The notes under the pieces: generated by a model
Databases searched by the model: none
Told to the model about the DNA's origin: nothing
Seen by the model: the letters and a program-made list of their open reading frames with translations, nothing else
Made by a program: the position numbers and the translations under genes
Origin: an uncultured Candidatus Saccharibacteria bacterium
GTDB lineage: Bacteria > Patescibacteriota > Dojkabacteria > GCA-002793355
DNA: 64,000 nt
Direction: 5' to 3'
NCBI GenBank assembly: GCA_964525295.1
Contig: CAZGEO010000001.1
Span: 376,662-440,661 of the forward strand
Shown here: piece by piece, positions 51,645 through 61,197 of the stretch
Layout of the letters: every line of letters begins with the position of its first letter
Numbering within the stretch: position 1 is the stretch's first letter

Positions 51645-52881
51645 AACTTCCTTACCCAATCTTGTTTTAGTACCCCTTGGAAAACAACATATTTCGTTCA
51701 TAACCTCACTACTTAACAACAAAGAGATTCAAAAAACTCTTTTTCGCATTCCTACTAAAGTCACTAACGAGAGACAACACAATGCAATTGAACGAATGTA
51801 TTCGTATGAGCAACCGAAAGAGATCACCTATGTTCTTACGCTTAAATCTTTCTTGAAATCAGAGAGTATCGGATTCGTAAAAATCAAATTGATAGATTGG
51901 AGCGTAAAAAGTTGCTACCTGTCTACAGCGATTCTTCCAGATCAAAAATACAGAGGCCAAGGCTACGCGAAAGCTGCCTACAATGCATTCTTCTCTTTCC
52001 TATTCGACATCGGAATCAAAAAAATATATGGACGAACCTATGAAAACAATACAGCGACAATTAAATTGAATTTCGCTACTGGCTTCAGATTTATTGGTCG
52101 CCAAAAAAACTTTATCATTTATCCGAACAAAACATCTTTAGATGCAATGTTTTTCGAGAAATTAGCCCCAAATATGCAAACCCAAGGCAACCTACCCTAT
52201 CAACAAACATTAGACGAACTAAGCGACCTCCAGCAAGAGCTTCTGACCAATCCTCAACTCACTTCAGAGAAATTAAACAAACGATTTTCAGAGGGCATTT
52301 CAAATATCGATCTCTCAAACTTACCTGCTGATTTACAAAAATATTTCGCAACCTTGAAAGATGGAAGTCTCACTCCAGAACCTCAGTTCTTCGAACACGC
52401 AAAAAGCCAACAATTTCAGAAAATCAACGGCGAGATGATTGCAAACTTACTAAAAAAATATCTAGATACATTTATCTCAATTTCCACTCACAATAAACGA
52501 AGCATACTTTTCAATCGATATTCAGGTACTTTAAAGTTGCCAGAATCTTTTGACTGTGACACAAAACAAATTCTTTACTCACTTACCCTAATTTTGGTGA
52601 AAACTTGGCGCACTTTCAACCAGAGCCTTGTTGGTATACAGGCGCTTTCATACGCAACTACCAAAGAATCTCAACGAGAAGAAGAGGTATTGGCAAAGCT
52701 ACTTACCGATCAACTAAGCCTTGATGAAATATCAGAATTCAATTTCAATGAGAGCATGCTCTACGCGCCACTCTCTCGTGAAACACGAGAACTCCTACGC
52801 ACCAACCTCCTTGGCAGAGACTATCCTCTTTCACTCAGTCAACTGTTTAGTGTAGTTGCAGCAGTAAAAACTGCTCTCTAA
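51610..52881 (+). CDS. GNAT acetyltransferase (RimL/RimJ-like) fused to an uncharacterised ~240-aa C-terminal domain
   Basis: The N-terminal 180 aa carry a GNAT core (...RGQGYAKAAYNAFFSFLFDIGIKKIYGRTYENNTATIKLNFATGFRF...). The C-terminal half has no family I recognise. It overlaps the preceding gene by ~35 nt. Confidence 0.6.
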   Translation: MNKNMPKFHELKTSLPNLVLVPLGKQHISFITSLLNNKEIQKTLFRIPTKVTNERQHNAIERMYSYEQPKEITYVLTLKSFLKSESIGFVKIKLIDWSVKSCYLSTAILPDQKYRGQGYAKAAYNAFFSFLFDIGIKKIYGRTYENNTATIKLNFATGFRFIGRQKNFIIYPNKTSLDAMFFEKLAPNMQTQGNLPYQQTLDELSDLQQELLTNPQLTSEKLNKRFSEGISNIDLSNLPADLQKYFATLKDGSLTPEPQFFEHAKSQQFQKINGEMIANLLKKYLDTFISISTHNKRSILFNRYSGTLKLPESFDCDTKQILYSLTLILVKTWRTFNQSLVGIQALSYATTKESQREEEVLAKLLTDQLSLDEISEFNFNESMLYAPLSRETRELLRTNLLGRDYPLSLSQLFSVVAAVKTAL

Positions 52882-53043
52882 TCTCCCTCTAGTATATTTG
52901 AGCGTTTTATTTCTTTTTTGCTCATTACTTCTCATCGCCTCGAGACGGTTCGATACTTGTCACGCTTAACACTACAAGGCTTTCTCGCTACAGCCTTTGG
53001 GGTCAATGAAACCACGTCGTGAAACATTGTACTTACACACATG

Positions 53044-54471
53044 TTACCCACCTCCAAGTAAATCATGGAACACCCTGACAATAAAAAGTAGAATTGCAGT
53101 CAATACCCCAGGGCCGACAACGAGAAGATTTCCCAATTCAACGCTTACTAAAGATACAATTACTACAATATACCCAAACAACGAGATCAACTCTACTAAG
53201 CCCGAGGTCAATATTCCCAAAAATAAGCCCATCACAGAAATTTCTCGAAACAACAAATACTGCACTGGCGACACGCATGTCCATACTATCAATGAAATCA
53301 GCAATTCTTTCATGACCACCCTCCTCACTTTCAGCAAATTCACCAACCAAGGACCGATCACCATTGCCCCCAAGCACGCTGCAGCCGTTAAAAGGACACT
53401 GGCGCTAAAGCCGTCTCCTACGTGAAACAGCAATACAATGCAAAACGTTATTACATAGACACCTAGTCCAGACCGTTTCACGCCAGAAATTTCAATCACC
53501 CTCGCCACAATGAACGTGATAATCGCCCTAAAAAGTGACACCGCCTCTCCAACAAAAACATATAAGAATATTAACAATGAAATGTCTACAATGAGTCGCC
53601 AATTCTTACTAAATTTCACTGTAAATGCGCCAGCCAAGAACTGCAAATATGATATATTGATACCCGATATCGCTACAACATGAAGCAAACCAACTGACTT
53701 GACTGCGCTACGAATCTCTTCAGGCATTTGCCTATTACCAAGCAAAATACTCATCAGCAGAATTGACGATTCCTCACCAACGACCTTCTCCCAAGACTTG
53801 CGCATACTTATTTTTGTGTCTTCGCCGAAACGTAATATTTGATAGTAAATCCCAAACAATGAACCGCATTCCCTACTTTCAATAAACACTCCTTTTCCTG
53901 AGGCATTTACCGAGAATCCAACTCCTGTATACAAACGACTAACATGATTACCCGCAACTTCTTGGGATTTATACGTACCCACAATAATCCCGTTATCATT
54001 CTGGTAGACACGTACCTTAGCCGAATATTTTGAGGCTGAGACGATATAACCACAATATATGCCAGTCACAAGGGACTTTTCATTACTTTTCCTGACATAC
54101 TCTATGCTCGCTGACGTTATGAAGCCAATGCATAGCAACAATAAGGCATTATGTAGATTAGATACAAAATTCGGCGAGCATTTATTTTGCAATCCACGAT
54201 GATACGGAAATAATTCAGCAACAGGACCATGTCGCATTCTTACAAGAAAACTCCCCAGAACAATGCTAATTATTGCTAACAACCCAAATAATTGTTCTGT
54301 CACTGGCAACAATTTTGCCAGCACTACCCCGATTAGCAAAAAGATTTCCACAAAATAGTTAAGCACAGCAATTATGATAGAATTATTAATGAGATATCTC
54401 GGTGCACACGTTTCTTCGGCTGGTGGATTAGAAAATGCAATTTCTGCAGCAACAGAACTTGGCATTAACAC
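53044..54471 (-). CDS. comEC: ComEC/Rec2-family DNA internalisation channel (short form, no metallo-beta-lactamase domain)
   Basis: The competence-domain motif LLHVVAISGINISYL is present, with multiple TM helices. An N-terminal OB-like region (DUF4131-like) is present. The protein is 475 aa and ends after the membrane domain. Confidence 0.7.
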   Translation of the reverse strand: MLMPSSVAAEIAFSNPPAEETCAPRYLINNSIIIAVLNYFVEIFLLIGVVLAKLLPVTEQLFGLLAIISIVLGSFLVRMRHGPVAELFPYHRGLQNKCSPNFVSNLHNALLLLCIGFITSASIEYVRKSNEKSLVTGIYCGYIVSASKYSAKVRVYQNDNGIIVGTYKSQEVAGNHVSRLYTGVGFSVNASGKGVFIESRECGSLFGIYYQILRFGEDTKISMRKSWEKVVGEESSILLMSILLGNRQMPEEIRSAVKSVGLLHVVAISGINISYLQFLAGAFTVKFSKNWRLIVDISLLIFLYVFVGEAVSLFRAIITFIVARVIEISGVKRSGLGVYVITFCIVLLFHVGDGFSASVLLTAAACLGAMVIGPWLVNLLKVRRVVMKELLISLIVWTCVSPVQYLLFREISVMGLFLGILTSGLVELISLFGYIVVIVSLVSVELGNLLVVGPGVLTAILLFIVRVFHDLLGGG

Positions 54472-55264
54472 TATTCAAATTCATCCATCTGCGCCACAAA
54501 GATGGATTACCAAAGACATACCCATCGATGGAATTGAAAAAATGGTGAATGCTCAAAAGTCTTCACCTGTCAAAAAAGTATTTGCGCATGCAATTTATCT
54601 CATAAATCTCGCCCAACCTGATAAACAGAAATTTCACCTATCAAAGATGTCTCTCGTTCATTATCTAAACTTCATGACTGATATAAACAAAATTTCAGGC
54701 GCACAAAACAGCGATTTTCAAGCTGAAGGTGTTGTTGTTCATGTAGGTTCTGCCATTCATTATCCGACAAAAGAAGAGGCATTAAACCGCGTTCTTTATG
54801 GCATCAACTGGATACTCGAAAACGCGCCAGCCGGCGAACTTCTTCTAGAATCTAGCGCAGGCGCGGGCAAAGTCATTGGAGAAAAACTTGAAGATTTATA
54901 TTGGCTAAAGGAACATGCTGAACAAAAGGGTCGCGTCAATATCGCGCTTGATACTGAACATATGTTTGCATCAGGATATGACTGGAGAACTCCAGAGACA
55001 GTCATTCAGGAGGTTAAAAATGTTATTCCACTTGCAAGCGTCAAACTTATTCACCTGAATGATTCAAAAGTACCCTTTAACTCAAAGAAAGATCGCCATG
55101 AAAACCTTGGTGACGGTGAAATCGGAAATACCGCACTTCAAGCTATAGTTCAACACAACGATTTAGCCAATATCCCGATGGTGCTAGAAACGCCACATAT
55201 GAAATCTATTGATGAAGCAAAGATCGACGTAAGCAAACTCTTAGGTTGGGCACAATATAGTTAG
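54389..55264 (+). CDS. nfo: Endonuclease IV (AP endonuclease, xylose-isomerase-like TIM barrel)
   Basis: MRYLGAHVSSAGGLENAISAATELGINTIQIH... is a typical Nfo N-terminus. The start is placed at the internal Met. Confidence 0.8.
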   Translation: MRYLGAHVSSAGGLENAISAATELGINTIQIHPSAPQRWITKDIPIDGIEKMVNAQKSSPVKKVFAHAIYLINLAQPDKQKFHLSKMSLVHYLNFMTDINKISGAQNSDFQAEGVVVHVGSAIHYPTKEEALNRVLYGINWILENAPAGELLLESSAGAGKVIGEKLEDLYWLKEHAEQKGRVNIALDTEHMFASGYDWRTPETVIQEVKNVIPLASVKLIHLNDSKVPFNSKKDRHENLGDGEIGNTALQAIVQHNDLANIPMVLETPHMKSIDEAKIDVSKLLGWAQYS

Positions 55265-55270
55265 CAGTTA

Positions 55271-57829
55271 TTACACTACGAAGTTTATTGCCTTTCCTGG
55301 TACATAAATAACTTTTTTCAGTCCAGTTTCAATAAATTTCTTAATTTCTGCATTTTCATTAATTCTGCTTACCACTTCATCTTGTGATTCATTAGGAAGA
55401 ACATCGATTTTCCCTCGTAATTTACCATTTACCATTACAGGGATCTCAGTTTTTTCAATGGAAAATTGAGATAAATCAAATTCTGGCCACAATTGATCAT
55501 GAACTGATCCTTCGAAACCAAATTTTTCCCACATCTCATCTGCAAGATACGGTGTAATTGGCGCTAATACTACAAGCAACGAACGAATTTCAGTTTTAGT
55601 AAGAGAACTCTGCTCATATTTATTCAAAAATTCCATTAACGCAGCAACTGTTGTATTAAATTTCAGATTTTCAATATCAGTAGCGACTTTATTTGCAATT
55701 TTAGCAAGATCAGCTTTAAGCATTGATTCACCATCAAAAGCATTTTTTTGTTGCTTCAAGAGGAAATTATACAATCTTTCAACATATCTTTGTACGCCAA
55801 CAACGGCCTTATCGCTCCATGGTGTAACGGAATCATACGGACCTATGAACATCATATACATTCTCACGACATCCGCACCATATTTACTCACCACTTCATC
55901 TGGATTTACTACATTACCAAGCGACTTACTCATTTTTCTGTTATCTGGTCCAAGAATAATTCCATGATGTACTCGACGTGCATACGGTTCTGCATAGTTG
56001 ATTACGCCTAAGTCATAAAGGAATTTGTGAATAAAGCGTGAATATAAAACGTGCAAGGTGATATGCTCTTGACCACCATAATACATATCTACAGCATTCC
56101 AATATTCTGCGACAGTTGGATTAACCAATTTCTCATTATTTTTTGGATCCATATAGCGCAAATAATACCAGTTTGATCCTGCCCAGTTTGGCATGACATC
56201 TGTTTCCCTTACGGCTTTTCCATGACATTCAGGGCAGGTCGCCTGCTTCCAGTCTTCGGCTCGTTCTAATGGAGAGCTACCGTCTTCCCCCATATGATAG
56301 TCATTCAACTTTGGAAGTTTTACAGGCAATTCTGTAACTGGCAAAGCATTCCAACCACATTGTTCACAATATACCATTGGTGTCGGTTCACCCCAGTAGT
56401 GTTGACGAGAAAACACCCAATCTCTAAATCTATACGATTTAGTTTTCTGTCCATATCCTTTTTCGACTAAATAATTCATAATTCTCTCTCGTGCGTCTTC
56501 GATACTTAAACCATTCAAAAAGTCACTATTCATTATGATTCCGTCATCTTCCTGAACTTGTTCGATTTTTGTAATCTCTGAAGTATCACCACTATCAATA
56601 ACGCGAATGATTTTTACATTCCCCATTGCTTGAGCAAATTCAAAATCTCTCAAATCATGCCCAGGGACACCAACTAATGCCCCGGTACCGTACGAACCAA
56701 TTACAAAATCGCCAATAAAGATTGGCATTTCAAAACCAGTCAACTGATTAATTGCGTACCAGCCGGTGAATACACCTGTCTTAGTTCTTCCTTCAGATTC
56801 ACGCTCAAATGAAGTCTTTTGCAATGCTTCGCTAACGTATTTTTCAACTTCCTCTTTATTTGGAAATTCTTGTAAATACTTTTTTACGAATTCGCCGTCG
56901 GGTGCACAGGTGATAAAGGTAGCACCAAAGTTCGTTTCTGGACGTGTCGTAAAAACTTGAACTTCGTGAGCAGTATCTTTTACTCTGTACGTTATATTTA
57001 CTCCGTAACTTCTTTTTATCCAGTTAATTTGAGCTTTCTTCATACTACTGGTGTAATCGATTTTCTCTAAATCTTCTAGTAAGCGATCACCATACGCCGT
57101 AATTCTGAACATCCACTGCTCGAGATCTCGCTGTTCAACTGGCGTATCACAACGTTCATGGGTATTCTTTGGGGTAACTTCTTCATTTGCTAACCCTGTT
57201 TTACATTTTGGACACCAAGAAACAGGCATTTTCGCCTTATATGCGAGCCTAAACTTGTCTTGGTACTCTTTTACTGCCAATTTCCCCTGAGCTTTTATTT
57301 CGGCAGGAATTGGAAGGTCTGCAATAGGACGAGCTTGCCCGACACCACCATCGCGACGCTTAAAGTTTTCATCATAATAATGTTCAAACAATTGACCAAA
57401 TATCCATTGCGTCCATTTATAGTACTGTGGATCTGATGTATCGACTTCACGTGTCCAATCAAATGAAGTTCCTAGATCTACTACTTGTCGCTTGAATGTT
57501 TGTACATTTTCAGCTTGCACTTCATGCGGATCACGCCCAACTTTAACTGCATAATTATATGTAGGCAAACCGAATGCATCCCAACCTATTGGGTATAAAA
57601 CATTGTAGCCTTTTGCTCTATGATAACGTGCATACACATCCATTACGGAATAGTTCCAACAGTGTCCCATATGTAAACCTGCTGCACTTGGATAAGGAAA
57701 TTCAATTAATACATATTTTTTAGGTTTCTTCGAAAAATCCTGCGCTTTCCAGAAATCAAGGGTAAGCCACTTTTCATTGAATTTCTTTTGGATTGCTGCG
57801 AAATCGTACGCTACTTTTGTGTGGGTCAT
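55271..57829 (-). CDS. leuS: Leucine--tRNA ligase
   Basis: The HIGH-region is AAGLHMGHCWNY. KMSKS is KMSKSLGNVV. The CP1 editing domain is present. Length is 852 aa. Confidence 0.95.
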   Translation of the reverse strand: MTHTKVAYDFAAIQKKFNEKWLTLDFWKAQDFSKKPKKYVLIEFPYPSAAGLHMGHCWNYSVMDVYARYHRAKGYNVLYPIGWDAFGLPTYNYAVKVGRDPHEVQAENVQTFKRQVVDLGTSFDWTREVDTSDPQYYKWTQWIFGQLFEHYYDENFKRRDGGVGQARPIADLPIPAEIKAQGKLAVKEYQDKFRLAYKAKMPVSWCPKCKTGLANEEVTPKNTHERCDTPVEQRDLEQWMFRITAYGDRLLEDLEKIDYTSSMKKAQINWIKRSYGVNITYRVKDTAHEVQVFTTRPETNFGATFITCAPDGEFVKKYLQEFPNKEEVEKYVSEALQKTSFERESEGRTKTGVFTGWYAINQLTGFEMPIFIGDFVIGSYGTGALVGVPGHDLRDFEFAQAMGNVKIIRVIDSGDTSEITKIEQVQEDDGIIMNSDFLNGLSIEDARERIMNYLVEKGYGQKTKSYRFRDWVFSRQHYWGEPTPMVYCEQCGWNALPVTELPVKLPKLNDYHMGEDGSSPLERAEDWKQATCPECHGKAVRETDVMPNWAGSNWYYLRYMDPKNNEKLVNPTVAEYWNAVDMYYGGQEHITLHVLYSRFIHKFLYDLGVINYAEPYARRVHHGIILGPDNRKMSKSLGNVVNPDEVVSKYGADVVRMYMMFIGPYDSVTPWSDKAVVGVQRYVERLYNFLLKQQKNAFDGESMLKADLAKIANKVATDIENLKFNTTVAALMEFLNKYEQSSLTKTEIRSLLVVLAPITPYLADEMWEKFGFEGSVHDQLWPEFDLSQFSIEKTEIPVMVNGKLRGKIDVLPNESQDEVVSRINENAEIKKFIETGLKKVIYVPGKAINFVV

Positions 57830-57920
57830 GCCCTTGTGTATTAGTTTAGTTGCTAATTATAGCTCAAAGTTCCAAGGATTGGAACAAAGAGAAGATAAGG
57901 AGAATTGTTTTTGCAAAAAA

Positions 57921-58790
57921 ATGATTTTCAGTTATACTGCCCTCATGATTAAAGCTATTATTTTAGATGTTGACGGTGTCATTTTAGGTCACCAAGATGG
58001 CGTCAACTTTCCCCTCCCTTCCCACCCTATTCAATCCGCTTTACAAAATTTGTCAAAATCTGACCTACCTATTTCTTTATGCTCTGCTAAGGCAACTTTT
58101 GCCCTTGAACCTATTGCTGTTGCTTGCCATCTGAAATCCCATCATATTGCTGACGCTGGCGCGACACTTATTAACATTATGACTGGTGAGAAAATTTCAT
58201 TTTCTATTCCGCAAGAAACTTGCGCTCGCCTCTCTAAAGATTTGCTCGCGCTAAAAGTTTATACCGAATGGTATTCCTGCAATGATAAATATTTCACTTT
58301 ACCCGATGGAAATAAAGTCATTCGTGAGGCACGCACCGTACTCTTTAATAATCGCGAAGCACTCTTGAGCATTCCTCCAAAAAGTGAAGAGATTATCAAA
58401 ATTATTGTATTACCTGAATCGCCCTATCAACGTGATGAGGTTACAAAAATCATGAACAAGTACCCTGAACTGTCTCTAACCTGGGGTTTTAATCCCTCAA
58501 AAATTCCCGCCGATTCTGGATACATAAGCATTAAATCTGCAACAAAAAGAACCGGTGTTGAACGACTTGCCAAGTTAAACGGCGTCCCGTTAAGTGACAC
58601 ACTTGCAGTCGGAGACAGTACAAGTGATTGGACCTTCATGGAACTCTGCGGTTACTGTTCCACATTATCGAATGGAACAACAGAATTGAAAGAACTGGTA
58701 AATTCTCGTGCTGAACGAGGTTTCACATCTGAAAAAGGTATCGACAATGACGGATTATTGGATATTTTCAAGCACTTCTCAATAGTATAG
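57921..58790 (+). CDS. HAD-superfamily hydrolase (Cof-like, subfamily IIB)
   Basis: Motif I is IKAIILDVDGV. Motif IV is AVGDSTSDWTFME. The start is moved to ATG 57921 to avoid overlap with the leuS 5' end. Confidence 0.65.
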   Translation: MIFSYTALMIKAIILDVDGVILGHQDGVNFPLPSHPIQSALQNLSKSDLPISLCSAKATFALEPIAVACHLKSHHIADAGATLINIMTGEKISFSIPQETCARLSKDLLALKVYTEWYSCNDKYFTLPDGNKVIREARTVLFNNREALLSIPPKSEEIIKIIVLPESPYQRDEVTKIMNKYPELSLTWGFNPSKIPADSGYISIKSATKRTGVERLAKLNGVPLSDTLAVGDSTSDWTFMELCGYCSTLSNGTTELKELVNSRAERGFTSEKGIDNDGLLDIFKHFSIV

Positions 58791-58856
58791 TTGCAAGCCA
58801 GAATTTTGTAACAATTGAATAAAATTTTGTGTTGTTTCACAAATCAGGAATATATC

Positions 58857-60635
58857 CTACTTTTTCTTTGAACCTCTTTGCAAAACACGCTTTTCAAATT
58901 GCTTTTTCACGTCTGCTTTCTCTTCAAGTTGCTTTGCCTTTACAACTACTGATTTCTCAAGTTTCTTACCAACTCCGCTGAACGCTTCAAGAATCTTTGA
59001 ACCAGAAGGTACATAAAGTAAGTACAAACCAAAGAGAACCAGTGCACCACTTAAGGCAAAGATGACGATTGGTTGATCAAGTACGCCAGTAATTGGTGTG
59101 CAGGTTTGCTCAACCTGGAAGCTATAAGAGATGTTGTCAATTGCATCTGTTCCTTCGATATTTACAACAACTCGGTTGGTATTAGCACCTGTAACTGCAT
59201 TGTTACCCGCAAGTGCGGTGAAGTTAATAATCAATTGACCACCAGCAGCAATTGTCCAGGCATTTTGCCCCGCAGGAGGTGCAAAGGTAACTTTCTGCGA
59301 AGAACCAGAGTTAACTGTTGTAACATAGGCATCGGTTACTGCAACACCATTAACACGTGTTGAGCCTGCTCGGTAGGTAAATCCTTGTGGTAAAGCATCT
59401 TCTACGCTGTTAACGGTTGCTGCTGTTGTTCCATTGTTACGAACTGTTATGGTGAATGGTGCAGTATTATTTGGCGCAATTCGCTCTACACAGACAGGCC
59501 CTGTTTTGACTGCATCGATAATTGGCGTTGGCGTAACAGTCACGTTACCAGCTGTACAAGTGAATCTAAACTTTGCGATGTTTCCTCTAAAGGTTACTGG
59601 ATCATCTCCTGCACCAAGAGTAGCATTTGCATATGAATCATCTGCTAATGCTGAGTGCGCATACCCCATTCTCACCCAGTTTGGTGAACCTTGAACCTGC
59701 CCAGCACGATTCGATAATGAGTAGAAAAAGACTTTATCTTGGGTTAAATCACCATAATAAATGTATTTATTTGATGGACAACTAAACGTTCTTGATGTGG
59801 AATTGAAGGAACATCGACCGGCATTATAGGTAGTTCCTGCATTTGTACAACTCGCCGAACCAGTACAGGCTGCATTTGAATTGTTACAACTCCAGTTATA
59901 GATCGGAAAAATTGAAGATGCATCAACTACCGACAAAGAACTCTTATTGATTGTATAGGTAACGCCATTGCGAACTACTTGATTGCCCAACAACTCTCCA
60001 TAGGAAGTATTTAAAATAACATCAACTTCGTTATCATCGAAGATGATGACTCCAGGATCTGAGGCTGGCCACTCAGCAACATATGATGAAGCAACCGTAT
60101 CAGTTTGCTGTGTTGAAGTGAATAATGCACCCGATACTGCGGTGTCACCACAAACAGTAGTCGCGGTTGCACATTGCGCAGCAGTTTGATTATTCAAACA
60201 ACGGGCTTGATCGGAAGTGTTATTTGTTGCCCAACTACAGTCGCCCGGTGTTGCTGAATTACACATAGCAGACAAGTAGTTTACATCGCTTTGATACTGC
60301 CCAACATCACGCTTAACCTGTTTAAAGAAGAATCTTACTTGTAATGGAAAATGTTGACCTGTTGATTGCCCTTGCGCATTAACGACATCACAATACGCAA
60401 CAGCGTGAAGTCTCTGAAAACCATAGTTTGGATCGCTTCCGAGTGAAATTGCCATAGCTGTTGCGCCACTTGCACCACTTGCGCTTGGATTTCTTGTGGC
60501 AATACTTTGCAATTGCTGCAAACGAACAGCGATGCCGATCAAAATTGCTGAAACGACAAACATTACGTAAACGGCAATAAGTACTCTTACTTTTACTGCT
60601 TTTGCTTTTTCATCAATTTCGTATTTATATGGCAT
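58857..60635 (-). CDS. Cys-rich surface protein with DUF11-type beta-sandwich repeat and C-terminal TM anchor plus basic tail
   Basis: It has an N-terminal TM. Many paired Cys residues occur. A DUF11-like segment reads NTAPFTITVRNNGTTAATVNSVEDALPQGFTY. The C-terminus reads ...IVIFALSGALVLFGLYLLYV followed by a K-rich tail. Confidence 0.6.
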   Translation of the reverse strand: MPYKYEIDEKAKAVKVRVLIAVYVMFVVSAILIGIAVRLQQLQSIATRNPSASGASGATAMAISLGSDPNYGFQRLHAVAYCDVVNAQGQSTGQHFPLQVRFFFKQVKRDVGQYQSDVNYLSAMCNSATPGDCSWATNNTSDQARCLNNQTAAQCATATTVCGDTAVSGALFTSTQQTDTVASSYVAEWPASDPGVIIFDDNEVDVILNTSYGELLGNQVVRNGVTYTINKSSLSVVDASSIFPIYNWSCNNSNAACTGSASCTNAGTTYNAGRCSFNSTSRTFSCPSNKYIYYGDLTQDKVFFYSLSNRAGQVQGSPNWVRMGYAHSALADDSYANATLGAGDDPVTFRGNIAKFRFTCTAGNVTVTPTPIIDAVKTGPVCVERIAPNNTAPFTITVRNNGTTAATVNSVEDALPQGFTYRAGSTRVNGVAVTDAYVTTVNSGSSQKVTFAPPAGQNAWTIAAGGQLIINFTALAGNNAVTGANTNRVVVNIEGTDAIDNISYSFQVEQTCTPITGVLDQPIVIFALSGALVLFGLYLLYVPSGSKILEAFSGVGKKLEKSVVVKAKQLEEKADVKKQFEKRVLQRGSKKK

Positions 60636-60636
60636 A

Positions 60637-61197
60637 CTAATCAGCTTTTAACAAATATGGTTCGGTTGGTCCAGAGACGTAATCGGTTATCGCCCCATAC
60701 TGCAACCAGTTCGACTTGTAACTTACAAGTAAATAAAAATATGTTTGACCACTCGTTGATACCATTGATTTTGGAACTTTTGCGACATGGGAAGTAGAAG
60801 TCGATTCATTTGGTGTCACAACTATAAATTTTCCGGCAACTGTAATACCGTTTTGAAAATCAGTAATTACTTTCGACATTACTTCGTTCTTTTTTGGAGT
60901 GACATACATCGTTACCCCAACTTTTTCTGCTGTATCAAACTGTACTGCAGTAAAATCACCCTCAACTCGAATAACCATATTTTGAGGTTCAATTTTCTTT
61001 ACTTCTGTAACAGTAATTACTTTCGGATCAGTTGTAACTGTAGGTGCATTAGCAGTTTCGCCACTTGGATCAGGGAACAATTGTCTACTCGCGAAATAAC
61101 TACCAATACCGAACAAAGCTAACGAAATTGTGGCTACTATTGCGATTATTATTTGCTTGGTCAAGGACATTGCTCTATAATAGCTGGACTTAGTCAT
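60637..61197 (-). CDS. Membrane-anchored hypothetical protein (186 aa)
   Basis: It has an N-terminal TM and a beta-rich ectodomain. It sits 1 nt upstream of the DUF11 protein gene. Confidence 0.4.
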   Translation of the reverse strand: MTKSSYYRAMSLTKQIIIAIVATISLALFGIGSYFASRQLFPDPSGETANAPTVTTDPKVITVTEVKKIEPQNMVIRVEGDFTAVQFDTAEKVGVTMYVTPKKNEVMSKVITDFQNGITVAGKFIVVTPNESTSTSHVAKVPKSMVSTSGQTYFYLLVSYKSNWLQYGAITDYVSGPTEPYLLKAD

